64,000 nucleotides of DNA from Pseudomonadota bacterium (GCA_041178425.1 JBEGVH010000030.1:224001-288000), one strand, 5' to 3'; positions 29,898 to 40,405 are shown, counted from the stretch's first letter. Made by a program: numbers and translations. The notes: a model not told the origin generated them from the letters alone.

Positions 29898-30512
29898 CTA
29901 AAGGCCCAGAGTCTTCTTTTTGTAAAGCTTACGAATCTGCTTTTGATCGGTCCACTCTATCACTCCGGATTTGATGCTCGTCAAATTGAGAGTAATTTTA
30001 TAATAAACGGATTTTTCTTTTCCTGCCTCTTGAACAATACTATCGAGCCTTCCATTCACAATAAAATCAGCTCCTGTTTGTGCTCCAGGACCTTTTTTTG
30101 TAGTTTCGGAAACACGACCGCTGTTTTGATAGTTATACTCTTGATCAATATCTTCTCTAGCCTCTTTATCCACAAAGGCCATCTTTCCTGTTTTCATTAG
30201 CTCGACGCGAACCATGTCCATTATAGACTGTGTGTCGATATGCTCAGACGTTTTATTTTGCAATTGGGTCACCATAACCACCGGACGGGTTCTCGCGCCC
30301 GTCACAACGGGATGAGTCACTAAGCTTGCGACCATCGACTTTACGGTTTCTTGCATATCACTTTCAGACCACTCATCAGTCATAAGATTTGTTCGCTCCA
30401 CGTTATCATCGTACTTTCCTTTAACAAACGCACTTGGGCCACATCCGATGACAAAACCAATCAATGCGATAACCGAGCTAAATATAATTTGCTTATAAAC
30501 TGAGTGTTGCAT
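29898..30512 (-). CDS. LpoB/CsgG-like lipoprotein (PBP activator family)
   Basis: GGAGG RBS before ATG 30512; lipobox VIGC; QNKTSEHIDT and GADF motifs. Confidence 0.82.
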   Translation of the reverse strand: MQHSVYKQIIFSSVIALIGFVIGCGPSAFVKGKYDDNVERTNLMTDEWSESDMQETVKSMVASLVTHPVVTGARTRPVVMVTQLQNKTSEHIDTQSIMDMVRVELMKTGKMAFVDKEAREDIDQEYNYQNSGRVSETTKKGPGAQTGADFIVNGRLDSIVQEAGKEKSVYYKITLNLTSIKSGVIEWTDQKQIRKLYKKKTLGL

Positions 30513-30674
30513 AAAAACCTCCGTCGTTATTTTCAAAAAAACACACTTGTTAAGTTTAAGGTTATTAATACCCAATCATCAACGCCGGATTTCGGATCAA
30601 GATCCGCATCACGTCAAAAGGAATTGATTTAAACGAAAATAAGGTTTGCCCAAAAATTGCAAACTACCTGGGAC

Positions 30675-31085
30675 ATGCAGATAATTTCAAGCCTTCAAGC
30701 CTATAGCCTTTTAAAAAAATACATGATTCAAGACGTCGAAGAGCTTTGGTGCCTCGCCCTGGGTCCCAGCCTAAAACTCTTATCGATCAAGATGATCTTT
30801 CGAGGGACGGTGGATTCATGCACTGTGCATCCTCGCGATATCTTTCGATTTGCCTGCTTGAAAAATGCCTCACAATTAATTATCGCACACAATCACCCGA
30901 GCGGAGATTGCTCGCCATCAATACAAGATCTTCAATTCACACAACGGATTGTGTTTGTGGGCCGAGAGATAGAAATTCCCATTATTGACCACCTTATTAT
31001 CACACGAAAGTCGTACCGGAGCTTGGCCGAGACCAAAGAGATTTGCTTTAACTCCGACCGTCTTAACGATTGGGCAAACTCTTAG
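30675..31085 (+). CDS. Stand-alone RadC-like JAB/MPN domain protein
   Basis: VEELW, GTVDSCTVHPRDIF, AHNHPSGDCSPSIQD and DHLII motifs. Confidence 0.9.
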   Translation: MQIISSLQAYSLLKKYMIQDVEELWCLALGPSLKLLSIKMIFRGTVDSCTVHPRDIFRFACLKNASQLIIAHNHPSGDCSPSIQDLQFTQRIVFVGREIEIPIIDHLIITRKSYRSLAETKEICFNSDRLNDWANS

Positions 31086-31662
31086 GATCAAAAATAGAAG
31101 GGGCGTCCTTAATCTCAATCTTTCGAACACTGCGAACTTTAAAATTTTCATCAATTTGAACATCGTACCCCTGGCTTTTGGCTTTGGCGATAATCGCTCC
31201 GGCCAGTGCCTTTTTGTACTGAGCTTCTTCTTTCGCACGACGCAGGTCTTCTAGAATTTCGTGCTGTATTTGCTGACTTAAAGGCCGCTGCTGAACAGCC
31301 GTCAAGGCCATGGCATTTAAGTCTTGCCCCTCAAAAGAACTCATTTCGCCCGAATCAAAATCGAGGGGCAATTGATTAAAAATGAGGCCCGGCTCAACGC
31401 TCTCTTCCTCCGACTCTGCAATCGGAGGGGCGGTGATGGCATTAATGCGTTCGACATTTTCTCTATTCATTTCTTGGCTATCATAAACATCTCGAAGATG
31501 TTTATTTACTAACTCCATCGTATTGACCGGAGCACTCGACTGCACGACCGGCACAGGCTCAGTCGGTGGAGATTCAAAACTCACAAGTGCCACAATCAGT
31601 AAAAAGAGACCCGCTAAAAGAACGGCGATGGCCAAATCTTTTCCTCTAGGATCTTTATTCAT
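31063..31662 (-). CDS. Membrane-anchored hypothetical protein
   Basis: N-terminal TM helix; ATGA overlap with the upstream gene; AGGAG RBS. Confidence 0.7.
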   Translation of the reverse strand: MNKDPRGKDLAIAVLLAGLFLLIVALVSFESPPTEPVPVVQSSAPVNTMELVNKHLRDVYDSQEMNRENVERINAITAPPIAESEEESVEPGLIFNQLPLDFDSGEMSSFEGQDLNAMALTAVQQRPLSQQIQHEILEDLRRAKEEAQYKKALAGAIIAKAKSQGYDVQIDENFKVRSVRKIEIKDAPSIFDPKSLPNR

Positions 31663-32204
31663 TGAGACTCCTTTTGGAAACCCTGAAGAAAAGAACTGGG
31701 CACATCGAACGACTGCAATAGTTCAAACCGCCCATTGCCAGGGTTGAACTTTACAACCTCCAGAATAGGAGCGAATTCTAAATTGTAAGTCGGAACAACG
31801 AGCTCTAACAACTCATCCGCATCTAAATTTGCCACGGCAAGATTGGTCGCTTCGCCCATAAAGGTAACAAAGCCATCTATCGAGTTAGGAAGTTCTAGGC
31901 GTTGAATCAAATTCATTGAACTTGTTGAAGTCTCAATAATTTTATCGGCATCTGATTCATAGAATTCGAGAAACAGTGATTCACCTTCCTTAATTTTAAA
32001 AACCAAAACAGGCTGCCCTTGATTCTTGAGATCATCGCGAAGCGTAGCAACAATTCGGCGCTCCACCGGACGAAAAAGTCCTCGGATCTTGTCACGCCAT
32101 TGCGGTGTTGCCATAATCACTATGAGCATAACGACAGCGGTCACCAAAAAAGCATAAATTGCTTTTAACAGGTAGTGTGAATTTAAATCGGTTCTCGACG
32201 ACAT
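31659..32204 (-). CDS. Membrane-anchored hypothetical protein with FG-GAP-like Ca-binding loops
   Basis: TM helix; DLKNQG and NLDADELLELVV motifs; probable start ATG 32204. Confidence 0.65.
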   Translation of the reverse strand: MSSRTDLNSHYLLKAIYAFLVTAVVMLIVIMATPQWRDKIRGLFRPVERRIVATLRDDLKNQGQPVLVFKIKEGESLFLEFYESDADKIIETSTSSMNLIQRLELPNSIDGFVTFMGEATNLAVANLDADELLELVVPTYNLEFAPILEVVKFNPGNGRFELLQSFDVPSSFLQGFQKESQ

Positions 32205-32253
32205 AGTAATTAGAAGTGTAATCGTTTGTATCGACTCAATAAAGGAGGAACTC

Positions 32254-32853
32254 ATGAATCGCGAAGAATTTTACGGACTGCTCAAAATGAGACGCTCTAT
32301 CCGAAAGTACAAACCAGACCCCATCCCTCGCGAAACTCTCCAGCGAATACTTGATGGCGCCGTAGAAGCACCCTCTGGAAAGAATCGTCAGAATTGGCGT
32401 TTTATTGTGGTCAGTGGGAAAAAGCGCGATGACTATCTGAAATACTCCCAAAAGTCGTGGGAAAACATCAGAGATATCCTCAAAGCTCGTCTAAAACCTT
32501 CTCTCTATGATTTTACGGAGCGCTTTTTCTATACTTTAGGACAGGCTCCAACCATTATCTTTTGCTACTCTATCAATGATCCCGACGAAAAATACCTAAC
32601 CTCAATAGGAAGTGTTTATATGGCTGCCGAAAATATCAATCTCGCAGCTTTTGCCGAGGGACTTGGTTGCTGCACCATGGGTGCCCCGCTTGAAATTAAA
32701 GAAGAAGTTAATCAATTTCTAGGAGTCACAGATTGGCCCGAATTTAAGGAGGGACGCATGGAACTTCTCTGTGCCATCACTCTTGGAGTTCCCGATCATG
32801 AACCCCCAAAGGCAGAACGACAAATAGAAGGGCGAATCACTTGGCTTGAATAA
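32254..32853 (+). CDS. Nitroreductase family flavoprotein
   Basis: RRSIRKY, APSGKNRQNWRFIVV and AAENINLAAFAEGLG motifs. Confidence 0.92.
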   Translation: MNREEFYGLLKMRRSIRKYKPDPIPRETLQRILDGAVEAPSGKNRQNWRFIVVSGKKRDDYLKYSQKSWENIRDILKARLKPSLYDFTERFFYTLGQAPTIIFCYSINDPDEKYLTSIGSVYMAAENINLAAFAEGLGCCTMGAPLEIKEEVNQFLGVTDWPEFKEGRMELLCAITLGVPDHEPPKAERQIEGRITWLE

Positions 32854-32885
32854 GCCAAAACAAAACTCTACAAAGTAACCGTCAG

Positions 32886-33581
32886 CTAACGAAACCTGGC
32901 TACGAACGATAGATTTCGACCCGATTGCTGGCCATCGCGTCGATAGGAGTGCCATTGGAAATCGGAGACCGTATCGATGTCGAGGGCCTGAATATTGTCG
33001 TTTGGTATTTTTAAGTCCCAGAGCTGAGTTCTTACAATTTTTTCTAAATCGACCCTAAATTTTGCATTTGGGAGCTTTTCATAAAAACTTTTCGCCTCAT
33101 GGTGAAAACTCACCGGAACCGAATCCATCAGTTGAACCCAAACAGGCTCATGCACCTCAAAACTTCGCAAACGGATGTGTGGCCCCATCACAATCTTTAA
33201 GTCTAGCGGATTGCAGCCAATTTCTAAAAGTGGAATCACAGCCTTAGAGGCAATTTGCGATACTACTCCCCTCCACCCAGCATGAATTCCCAAGACTGCT
33301 TTTTTCTTTGGATCAATCACAAAAAGGGGAATGCAATCGGCTGTTTTGATATAAAGTGCTTGAAAGCACTCTGTTGAGAATAGCGCGTCAGCTTCGATCG
33401 TCTCGTGCGAGGCTCTCACCACTCGGTCGCTATGCACTTGTTTCACCGATCTCGATTCAAAGTGAGGAAAGCTTGCTTTTAGATTTTCAGAATGAGCCCG
33501 TTGATCACCAAAAAAAACCAAGTAATCTTCAAAAAGACACTGTAATCCTAAATCGTGGGCCTCAACCTTAAACATCATCAC
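32886..33581 (-). CDS. pgeF: Peptidoglycan editing factor PgeF (YfiH/laccase-domain family)
   Basis: QVHS, TADCIP, HAGWRG and SYRRDG motifs; follows rluD. Confidence 0.9.
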   Translation of the reverse strand: MMMFKVEAHDLGLQCLFEDYLVFFGDQRAHSENLKASFPHFESRSVKQVHSDRVVRASHETIEADALFSTECFQALYIKTADCIPLFVIDPKKKAVLGIHAGWRGVVSQIASKAVIPLLEIGCNPLDLKIVMGPHIRLRSFEVHEPVWVQLMDSVPVSFHHEAKSFYEKLPNAKFRVDLEKIVRTQLWDLKIPNDNIQALDIDTVSDFQWHSYRRDGQQSGRNLSFVARFR

Positions 33582-34534
33582 ATCCCAAAAAGTTCTTTGA
33601 CTAAGTCTTTATAATCTAAGGGCCACTCTTTTTCAAAAAGGAGCGACTCTTTTGTTACCGGATGAACAAAACCCAGCTCTGCGGCATGAAGTGCAAAGCG
33701 AGGAACAGCTCGGTACTTTTTTGAGGCTCCGTAGGTTTCATCACCCAAAATCGGATGTCCTAATTCTGACAGGTGAACGCGAATTTGATGCGTACGACCT
33801 GTGTGAAGCTTAAGCTTAACATAGGTCAGACCTGACGGGTGCCTCCCAATGACTTGGTAATCAGTATGGGCCCACTTTCCCACTCCAGGATTCAGATTGG
33901 GGTCTTGAATTATTTTACGGTCCCTATCTCTTATTGATGCAAACCTTTTTCGGTCGGTTGGATGTCGAGCTAGAAAGCTTTTAATCGTTCCACCTTCTTG
34001 TTTAATGGAGCCGCAAGCGATCGCTAAATACCGTCGATGAATTGTGCGGTCTTTAAATTGTGCCGCCAACGCCACCTGGCTCGAGTCATTCTTAGCCACA
34101 ACCATAATACCACTAGTGTCTTTATCTAATCGATGAACGATGCCAGGACGATGTTCTCCAAACTTCATGGCAAAGTCATCGGAATGAGCCACCAAAGCAT
34201 TCACCAAGGTATCTTGCGCGTGTCCGGCCGCTGGATGCACGACCAATCCGGGTGGCTTATTGATAACCATGATATGCTCATCTTCAAAAAGTATTTCAAG
34301 CTCGATATCGAGAGGCTGCAATGTCAGTGGGGTCGCTTCTGGAATTTCAATCAAAAGGCTCTCGCCACCCTTCAAAACAAAAGAGGGCTTAACCTGCATT
34401 TGATTGACTAAAACACTCCCTGAATCAATGAGCTGAATGGCACGCGAACGAGACTGCACTTGTTCAACAGTCCCGAGGTATTTATCAAGGCGAGTTCCTC
34501 GAGCTGTCTCGGGAACTTGAAGTTCAATTTTCAT
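33578..34534 (-). CDS. rluD: RluA/RluD-family 23S rRNA pseudouridine synthase
   Basis: S4 domain RLDKYL; NKPPGLVVHP, HRLDKDTSG and TGRTHQIRVH motifs. Confidence 0.92.
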   Translation of the reverse strand: MKIELQVPETARGTRLDKYLGTVEQVQSRSRAIQLIDSGSVLVNQMQVKPSFVLKGGESLLIEIPEATPLTLQPLDIELEILFEDEHIMVINKPPGLVVHPAAGHAQDTLVNALVAHSDDFAMKFGEHRPGIVHRLDKDTSGIMVVAKNDSSQVALAAQFKDRTIHRRYLAIACGSIKQEGGTIKSFLARHPTDRKRFASIRDRDRKIIQDPNLNPGVGKWAHTDYQVIGRHPSGLTYVKLKLHTGRTHQIRVHLSELGHPILGDETYGASKKYRAVPRFALHAAELGFVHPVTKESLLFEKEWPLDYKDLVKELFGM

Positions 34535-35163
34535 TTGTTTTTAGCGAGATTAGCCTTGTAGAGTTTCATGTATGAATCTGCTGTTTTACGCTCATCGAGG
34601 CCATAAATACGGCTCATCTGAACAATAAAACCTCGAACAAACACTTGAGCCGGCATTCCTTCCCAATCGTTCTGCTCTAGCGCATCAAGATAGTGAGGAT
34701 TAATTCGAGTTATTTCACTGAGTTTATCCAAAGTAATATTTTTGTACTCACGAACCTTTTTTAAGAAGGGACCATCACACACGTCTTGGTGTCGAATCAT
34801 CTCTTCCATCGACTCATCAACTTTATAGGTTGGGCGAAAGTGAACTTTTTGCTTATCCACTTTTGTTGCTCCCAGCGGACCAACGATATCGTGAAAAGTG
34901 AGTTCTTCAATTCGCGTGTCGGGGTCTTTGAGGATTTCATCGTAACGGTTGCGATAGATGGTATTACCCAGAACCGAGTAAGCCTCTTCAATCAGCTTGA
35001 GCAACTCCCTCGCTTCTTCGGTTGAAAAAACCGTATAGAGAGCAGGATTGTCTGATGCGTAGGTGATTTTTGCACGCTCATAAGCCCGAGAGACCTCGTG
35101 TTGAGGACTTCCAGGCAACACTTCTAATAACTCGTAGTATGTTCCAACAAAAGATTTGCTCAT
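34531..35163 (-). CDS. Degenerate J-domain plus RodZ-like HTH protein
   Basis: YYELLEV...AYSVLGN...RNRYD J-like region lacking HPD. GPFLKKVRE...TRI...YLDALE...VFVRGF is HTH_25-like. Confidence 0.8.
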   Translation of the reverse strand: MSKSFVGTYYELLEVLPGSPQHEVSRAYERAKITYASDNPALYTVFSTEEARELLKLIEEAYSVLGNTIYRNRYDEILKDPDTRIEELTFHDIVGPLGATKVDKQKVHFRPTYKVDESMEEMIRHQDVCDGPFLKKVREYKNITLDKLSEITRINPHYLDALEQNDWEGMPAQVFVRGFIVQMSRIYGLDERKTADSYMKLYKANLAKNK

Positions 35164-35168
35164 CTCTT

Positions 35169-36140
35169 TTATACTACGGCCCTTTGAGAAGTCTGATCAA
35201 CTAAATGCTTAACTAGCGCCTGAATTTGTCCAACGAGGGGGTTGAAAGGTTGATGAATCAAGACTGGAACCCTCTGTCGGGAGCATTGCCATACTGCATT
35301 ATCGTACTGAATAGAACCCACGGCCTGGATATCTAAGAAATAAAATTTGTTACAAATACTTCTTATTGGCTCACCCAAACGGTCATCTTCGTAGTTTCGC
35401 GCTTGATTGATAACCAGCTTAAGAGGTCCGAAGGGAATGGATTCATCTTCGTTCTTTTTGCGAAGTTCCTCTAAATAGTTTCTGACGATATAAAACGAAG
35501 CTTTTCCGCCAGGCTCTGCTTGCATTCTTTTTTTGTTAAACTCACAAAGTTGACGAGCATCCTCAGCGTTCAAAACGACTTTCATGATGTAATTCTCGAT
35601 CCAACGATAGGTTTTCTCGATAGACGTTGCCTCTGGCGTTGTCATCAAAAAGGTTTCATCGACTTTTAAAAGAATATCCTTATGGTGATCTTCACAACCT
35701 GCCGAAAGATCAAAGAGCACGATATCAAACGGTTGAGATTTGAGATCGGCTATGAGATCGGAAACATCGCGCTTGTAAACATCAGGGTCATTCCATTGGC
35801 AAGTATCACCCGCAATGAGGCATAACTTTTCATGATCGAGAGTTGTTATATAATTCTTAATTGAGTCAGTTCCGCGATAATAATCAGAAATATTTTTATT
35901 TTTAACAAGAGTCCCCATCCAACTGTGAAGATTCCCACCGTTCTGATCTAAATCAACAATAAGAACTCGATAACCTTGTCGACTAAGAGTGATACCAAGA
36001 GAAGAAGTAAAAAAGCTGCGACCAACGCCACCTTTGCCTGAAGCAATCGCCCAAAAAAGTGGTTTAGATCCATTTCCAGAGACACGCTTTTTCTCGAGAT
36101 ATACAATAGGACCAACCTGATCGAAATTTTCTGACTTCAT
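35169..36140 (-). CDS. MinD/FleN(FlhG)-family P-loop protein
   Basis: GGAGG RBS before ATG 36140; ASGKGGVGRS, VDLDQNGGNL, DLSAG and TPEATSIE motifs. Confidence 0.85.
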   Translation of the reverse strand: MKSENFDQVGPIVYLEKKRVSGNGSKPLFWAIASGKGGVGRSFFTSSLGITLSRQGYRVLIVDLDQNGGNLHSWMGTLVKNKNISDYYRGTDSIKNYITTLDHEKLCLIAGDTCQWNDPDVYKRDVSDLIADLKSQPFDIVLFDLSAGCEDHHKDILLKVDETFLMTTPEATSIEKTYRWIENYIMKVVLNAEDARQLCEFNKKRMQAEPGGKASFYIVRNYLEELRKKNEDESIPFGPLKLVINQARNYEDDRLGEPIRSICNKFYFLDIQAVGSIQYDNAVWQCSRQRVPVLIHQPFNPLVGQIQALVKHLVDQTSQRAVV

Positions 36141-36244
36141 GTCAACCTCCAGGATTCGCCTTCTGCGAATCGCTTTCAAAATTTCAGAAAAGCCTCACAA
36201 ACGCATTTGCTTTTTGAGGTCCAGACAACAATTGTTTAGTCGCC

Positions 36245-37003
36245 TTATTTACTATTTTTATTTTCCTCAGCGGCCGAGGCACGAAGATAAGTTGGAACTA
36301 GCTCTCGCCAGTGCAAGATTTGTTTGTTTGTCCAGTTCTTGAGAGTCAAAGAGGCCAGGGTTTTGGCCACTGGATGGTCTTTCGGACAGCCCGTTCGGAG
36401 CCAACGCGAATTTTTCTCTGGGTCAAACGTGTTTTCGTAGGCAAAAAAACCGTCACCAAGAAGCTGGACTTTGCTCGTACTGCTATTCGCCATCGCGACA
36501 GAAATCCAGTCATTAAATTGTTCAACAGCAACGGTTTGTGGCTCCTGCCGACCAACTAAGTCACCCTTTGGATCTCTCTCATAGAGAGCACAAAAAACCA
36601 TGTTTTTAAAGGCATTGATTATTGGGAGCACAAAAGGAGTTTCCTCACAATCCTCGGCTTGATTCGCCAGAACTTCGAGAGTACTAAAACTCACGATGGG
36701 CTTATCTTTAGCAAAAGCGATGGCTTTTGCTAAATTGGTTGCAACTCTCACCCCCGTGAAACTTCCGGGCCCGTGCGAAACAGCAACTAAATCGAGTTGC
36801 TCCCAACTCCCTGGCAAATTTTGAATGGCCCGTTCAACGGCTCCGTTAATCCATTCGCTATGTGATTTTTGTCGAAAGCATTCTTCTGAAAAAATAATTT
36901 GATTGTGAAGTGTCAGGGCCACACTCGCCAGCTGGGTGCTAGAATCAATGGCTAGAACAGAGCGCTGAGTGCTCTGTTCTAGTTGTATTTTTTTAGTTTC
37001 CAA
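36245..37003 (-). CDS. tsaB: tRNA t6A biosynthesis protein TsaB
   Basis: LAIDSS, HSE, GPGSFTGVRV and PTYLR motifs. Start uncertain (TTG 37003 overlapping the rseP stop, or 37033). Confidence 0.92.
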   Translation of the reverse strand: METKKIQLEQSTQRSVLAIDSSTQLASVALTLHNQIIFSEECFRQKSHSEWINGAVERAIQNLPGSWEQLDLVAVSHGPGSFTGVRVATNLAKAIAFAKDKPIVSFSTLEVLANQAEDCEETPFVLPIINAFKNMVFCALYERDPKGDLVGRQEPQTVAVEQFNDWISVAMANSSTSKVQLLGDGFFAYENTFDPEKNSRWLRTGCPKDHPVAKTLASLTLKNWTNKQILHWRELVPTYLRASAAEENKNSK

Positions 37004-38651
37004 AAAATCGTGAGAAATCATTGAACAAGGCAAATACCATTAAACTCATCAATACCACAATTCCAAATTTCTGAGCCATTTCTATTTTTCTAAGACTCAA
37101 CGGCGATCCTTTTAAGAGCTCAATTGTGTAGAACACCATATGCCCCCCATCGAGAACTGGAATGGGTAAAAGATTCAAAATAAAGAGATTTATCGATATC
37201 ACTCCCATCATGCTGAAAAACTGCCCGAGGCCCATTTTAAAGGTTTCGCTAGCAGCCTGTCCGATAGAAATAATTCCACTTATATTCTTTGGTGAAATTT
37301 CAGCCTTGAAGAGTTTTACAAAGCTCACGAGGGTCATCGCCGTGACTTCCCAAGTGCGTTCAATCCCTCGAACAAATGCATCGATACTCAATCCGTATTT
37401 AACGGTGGCCAACTCTGGAATACTCGGAAATAGCCAAGGAACTATTCCGATGGTGAATCGATCCTCTCGCAACCCCTGGGAACTTGTCGTTGACGTCATA
37501 ACGGGAGTAATCTCGAATGCTTTCTGTTCTCCACTACGTTCAACCTTAAGTTTTATAGATCCGTCTTCTTTTTTGAAGAGCTTTACCGTATTTTGCACCA
37601 CTTCCCACTGGTTGACGGGAGCACCTTGAATCTCAAGTAATTTATCACCCGCCATTAACCCCGCAGCTTGCGCGGGAGTGCCGGGCATTACCTTTGCCAA
37701 AAATAGCTCCCCTTTTTCAAGGCCCACGTCCGCAAAGGTAGCACCTGTTGGAGCTTCAGAGATTTCGAGATCCATTGGTTCGAATTTATCTTTGGTTTGC
37801 TCTCGAATCACCGTCACTTTCAATGGTGGGGTTGCTTTGAGAATAGTATCTTCTGCTTCTCGCCAGTACTTAACTTCTTTACCGTTCACCTTCGAAATAA
37901 AATCGCCTGTACGAAAACCCATTCGATAAGCCCATGAATCTTGTCGAGCCACGCCAACACCGGGCTCAGACGCTAGGTTTGTTAAACCTGGTAAGCTTCC
38001 CATGGTCTTGCTTAGACTCAACAACCCTGTGTCGGGTAGAGCTTGCGGAGTAATTTTGAGAGTTTCCTCAGCGCCCGAGCGATGACCCACTTTAATGACT
38101 AACTCTTGCCCAATGGCCTTGTTCATAAGTTTTTGAAACTCGGCCCATGTTCTAATCGATTGTTCACCCACCGAGAGAACCTTATCTCCACTGCGAAAAC
38201 CAACTTGATAAGCCATAGAGCTATCGGAAATATCACCAATAACGGGAGCCTTCTGATCTTCGCCAAACATTGCGATTCCGACGAAAAGCACGATGGCAAA
38301 GAGCAAGTTCATGATGGGCCCAGCAAGAACAACTCCAATTCGCTGCAGAACCGGCTTATGAACAAAGCTAAAGGCGTGCTGGGAGGATTCTACATCAGCA
38401 CCTAACTCATCTCCGAACATCTTTACGTATCCGCCTATTGGCAAAAGACTGATCGCGTACTCAGTGTCACCCCGGCGACGCTTCCAAAGCTTTTTGCCGA
38501 CTCCAATACTGAAAACTTCAACCCTGACTCCAAAATACTTTGCCACCATAAAGTGACCCAATTCGTGAACAAAAACCGTGAGTGAAATTAATATGACGAA
38601 TGGAAGAATTAAGTTCATTCCGGATTGCAACCAACTGAAAACCAAATCCAT
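36993..38651 (-). CDS. rseP: RIP metalloprotease RseP with multiple PDZ domains
   Basis: HELGH, GGYVKM, AGPIMN and NLLPIPVLDGG motifs; three PDZ-like G(F/L)xxGD units. Confidence 0.95.
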   Translation of the reverse strand: MDLVFSWLQSGMNLILPFVILISLTVFVHELGHFMVAKYFGVRVEVFSIGVGKKLWKRRRGDTEYAISLLPIGGYVKMFGDELGADVESSQHAFSFVHKPVLQRIGVVLAGPIMNLLFAIVLFVGIAMFGEDQKAPVIGDISDSSMAYQVGFRSGDKVLSVGEQSIRTWAEFQKLMNKAIGQELVIKVGHRSGAEETLKITPQALPDTGLLSLSKTMGSLPGLTNLASEPGVGVARQDSWAYRMGFRTGDFISKVNGKEVKYWREAEDTILKATPPLKVTVIREQTKDKFEPMDLEISEAPTGATFADVGLEKGELFLAKVMPGTPAQAAGLMAGDKLLEIQGAPVNQWEVVQNTVKLFKKEDGSIKLKVERSGEQKAFEITPVMTSTTSSQGLREDRFTIGIVPWLFPSIPELATVKYGLSIDAFVRGIERTWEVTAMTLVSFVKLFKAEISPKNISGIISIGQAASETFKMGLGQFFSMMGVISINLFILNLLPIPVLDGGHMVFYTIELLKGSPLSLRKIEMAQKFGIVVLMSLMVFALFNDFSRFFGN

Positions 38652-38828
38652 ATTTTCCCCCTTAAAACAATCCTACGAAAACTTGCCTTCTTGGCAATGC
38701 CCTATTGTATCTATATTTCTTAGAGCTAAACAACCCTGTGTGAAACGCCCCGGCAATATCAATCAATTTTATTGAGCCATGGCGTAAAAGCACCAGTGAA
38801 TTGAATTTTAAGAGATTTTGGCTGAGCT

Positions 38829-39662
38829 TTAGATCCAACGATCAAAAAGCGATATGGCAATAGACATAATCGGTGCCGCAAAAAGCAAACCATCAATTCG
38901 ATCTAGAACACCGCCATGACCTGGCATGATAGCCCCCGAATCCTTAACATTAGCCACGCGCTTCAAAAGAGATTCAAAGAAATCTCCCGATTGGGCAACG
39001 ACCGAAATAAGGCTGGCCATTGCTAACCAAGCCGCTAAGGGTATACCGATGCTCGAACTCTGATGAATAACGAAAGCACAGAGAAGGGTCGACAAAAAGC
39101 CACCGATGGCACCTTCCCACGTTTTTTTGGGAGAGATCGTTGGCAAAACGTGACGCTTTCCCATGGTTACACCAAACGCATAAGCGCCAACGTCGCCGGC
39201 GAAAACCATCATCAGCAGCGATAAAAACCACAAGCCACCTTGATATTTAAAAAGCAAATCAATGAGCAAGGCTGGAAAAACCGCCAGGTATACCGTCACC
39301 AAGAGTGCTCGCCCCTGAAGATTTTGAAGAGTTTCGAGAGACTCCCCAGCACGCCACTGAACTGAGAGGGCTAAACCAACGGTCAAAGCCAAAATCAGAA
39401 TATGAAACCGGTAGGGCTCCACAAAAAGAATCATCAAAAATAACCCGTAAATAAATACACCTAAGTAGTGTTTGAAATCTTTCGAAAGAGGAGACCAGTT
39501 AATAAGATTTAACCCCTCTCGAATAACCAAAATCTGGAGTAACAAGCACGCAATCACAATTCCGGAGATTCCAAAAAAGAGAAAGGTGGCGATGAGAATC
39601 CCTACTGCCGAAAGAGCTGAGACCACTCGAACCGCCAAATTCTTCATTCTTTCTGAAGTCAC
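38829..39662 (-). CDS. cdsA: Phosphatidate cytidylyltransferase
   Basis: ISPKKTWEG and GDFFESLLKRVANVKDSGAIMPGHGGVLDRIDG motifs. Confidence 0.95.
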   Translation of the reverse strand: MTSERMKNLAVRVVSALSAVGILIATFLFFGISGIVIACLLLQILVIREGLNLINWSPLSKDFKHYLGVFIYGLFLMILFVEPYRFHILILALTVGLALSVQWRAGESLETLQNLQGRALLVTVYLAVFPALLIDLLFKYQGGLWFLSLLMMVFAGDVGAYAFGVTMGKRHVLPTISPKKTWEGAIGGFLSTLLCAFVIHQSSSIGIPLAAWLAMASLISVVAQSGDFFESLLKRVANVKDSGAIMPGHGGVLDRIDGLLFAAPIMSIAISLFDRWI

Positions 39663-40399
39663 TCCAGGCCTCCATGAATACTCGTAGCGATTATTTGTTC
39701 AGAAGTTTGTCCAAAACGACGCTCACGTTTTTTATACGACTCAAGGGCCTTTTCAAAATCTATCACTTCAAAATCTGGCCAAAGGGTATTTGTAAAATAT
39801 AGCTCCGAGTAAGCGGCCTGCCAGGTTAGAAAATTAGATAATCTAAGCTCACCACTGGTGCGAATAATAAGATCTGGGTCACCGACTGAGGTTTTGAGCA
39901 ATAATTCAGAAACGATTTCTTCGTTGATGTCTTGGGCTGATAATTTAGAGTTCTTCACCTGATAAGCCAACTCACGCATGACTTGAACCAATTCTTGGCG
40001 CCCGCCATAGTTGAGCGCAAAAGTTAGATTCATTCCCGTATTGGCTTTTGAGGCCTCAATTGTTAGTTCAATTTCTTCGATCACAGGCGCGGGTAAGTCC
40101 TTATATTGGCCTATGACATTAAAGCGGATATTTTGTTTTACAAGTAAATGGCGCTCACGATGAAGATAGCGTTTCAATAAACGCATTAAGAAGTTTACTT
40201 CTTCAGCGGGCCGCCCCCAATTCTCCGTGGAGAAGGCATAAAGCGTGAGATCTTTGATTCCGAGCTCGACTGATCTAGAAATTATTTTTTTAGCGACTCG
40301 TGCACCTTTGATATGCCCAAAAATACGAGGGCGACGGCGTTCTTTCGCCCATCGCCCATTTCCATCCATAATAATTGCAATATGGCCTGGCAAGTTCAC
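39659..40399 (-). CDS. uppS: Undecaprenyl diphosphate synthase
   Basis: HIAIIMDGNGRWA, FSTENW and IRTSGELRLSNFL motifs. Confidence 0.97.
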   Translation of the reverse strand: MNLPGHIAIIMDGNGRWAKERRRPRIFGHIKGARVAKKIISRSVELGIKDLTLYAFSTENWGRPAEEVNFLMRLLKRYLHRERHLLVKQNIRFNVIGQYKDLPAPVIEEIELTIEASKANTGMNLTFALNYGGRQELVQVMRELAYQVKNSKLSAQDINEEIVSELLLKTSVGDPDLIIRTSGELRLSNFLTWQAAYSELYFTNTLWPDFEVIDFEKALESYKKRERRFGQTSEQIIATSIHGGLE

Positions 40400-40405
40400 A
40401 AGATC

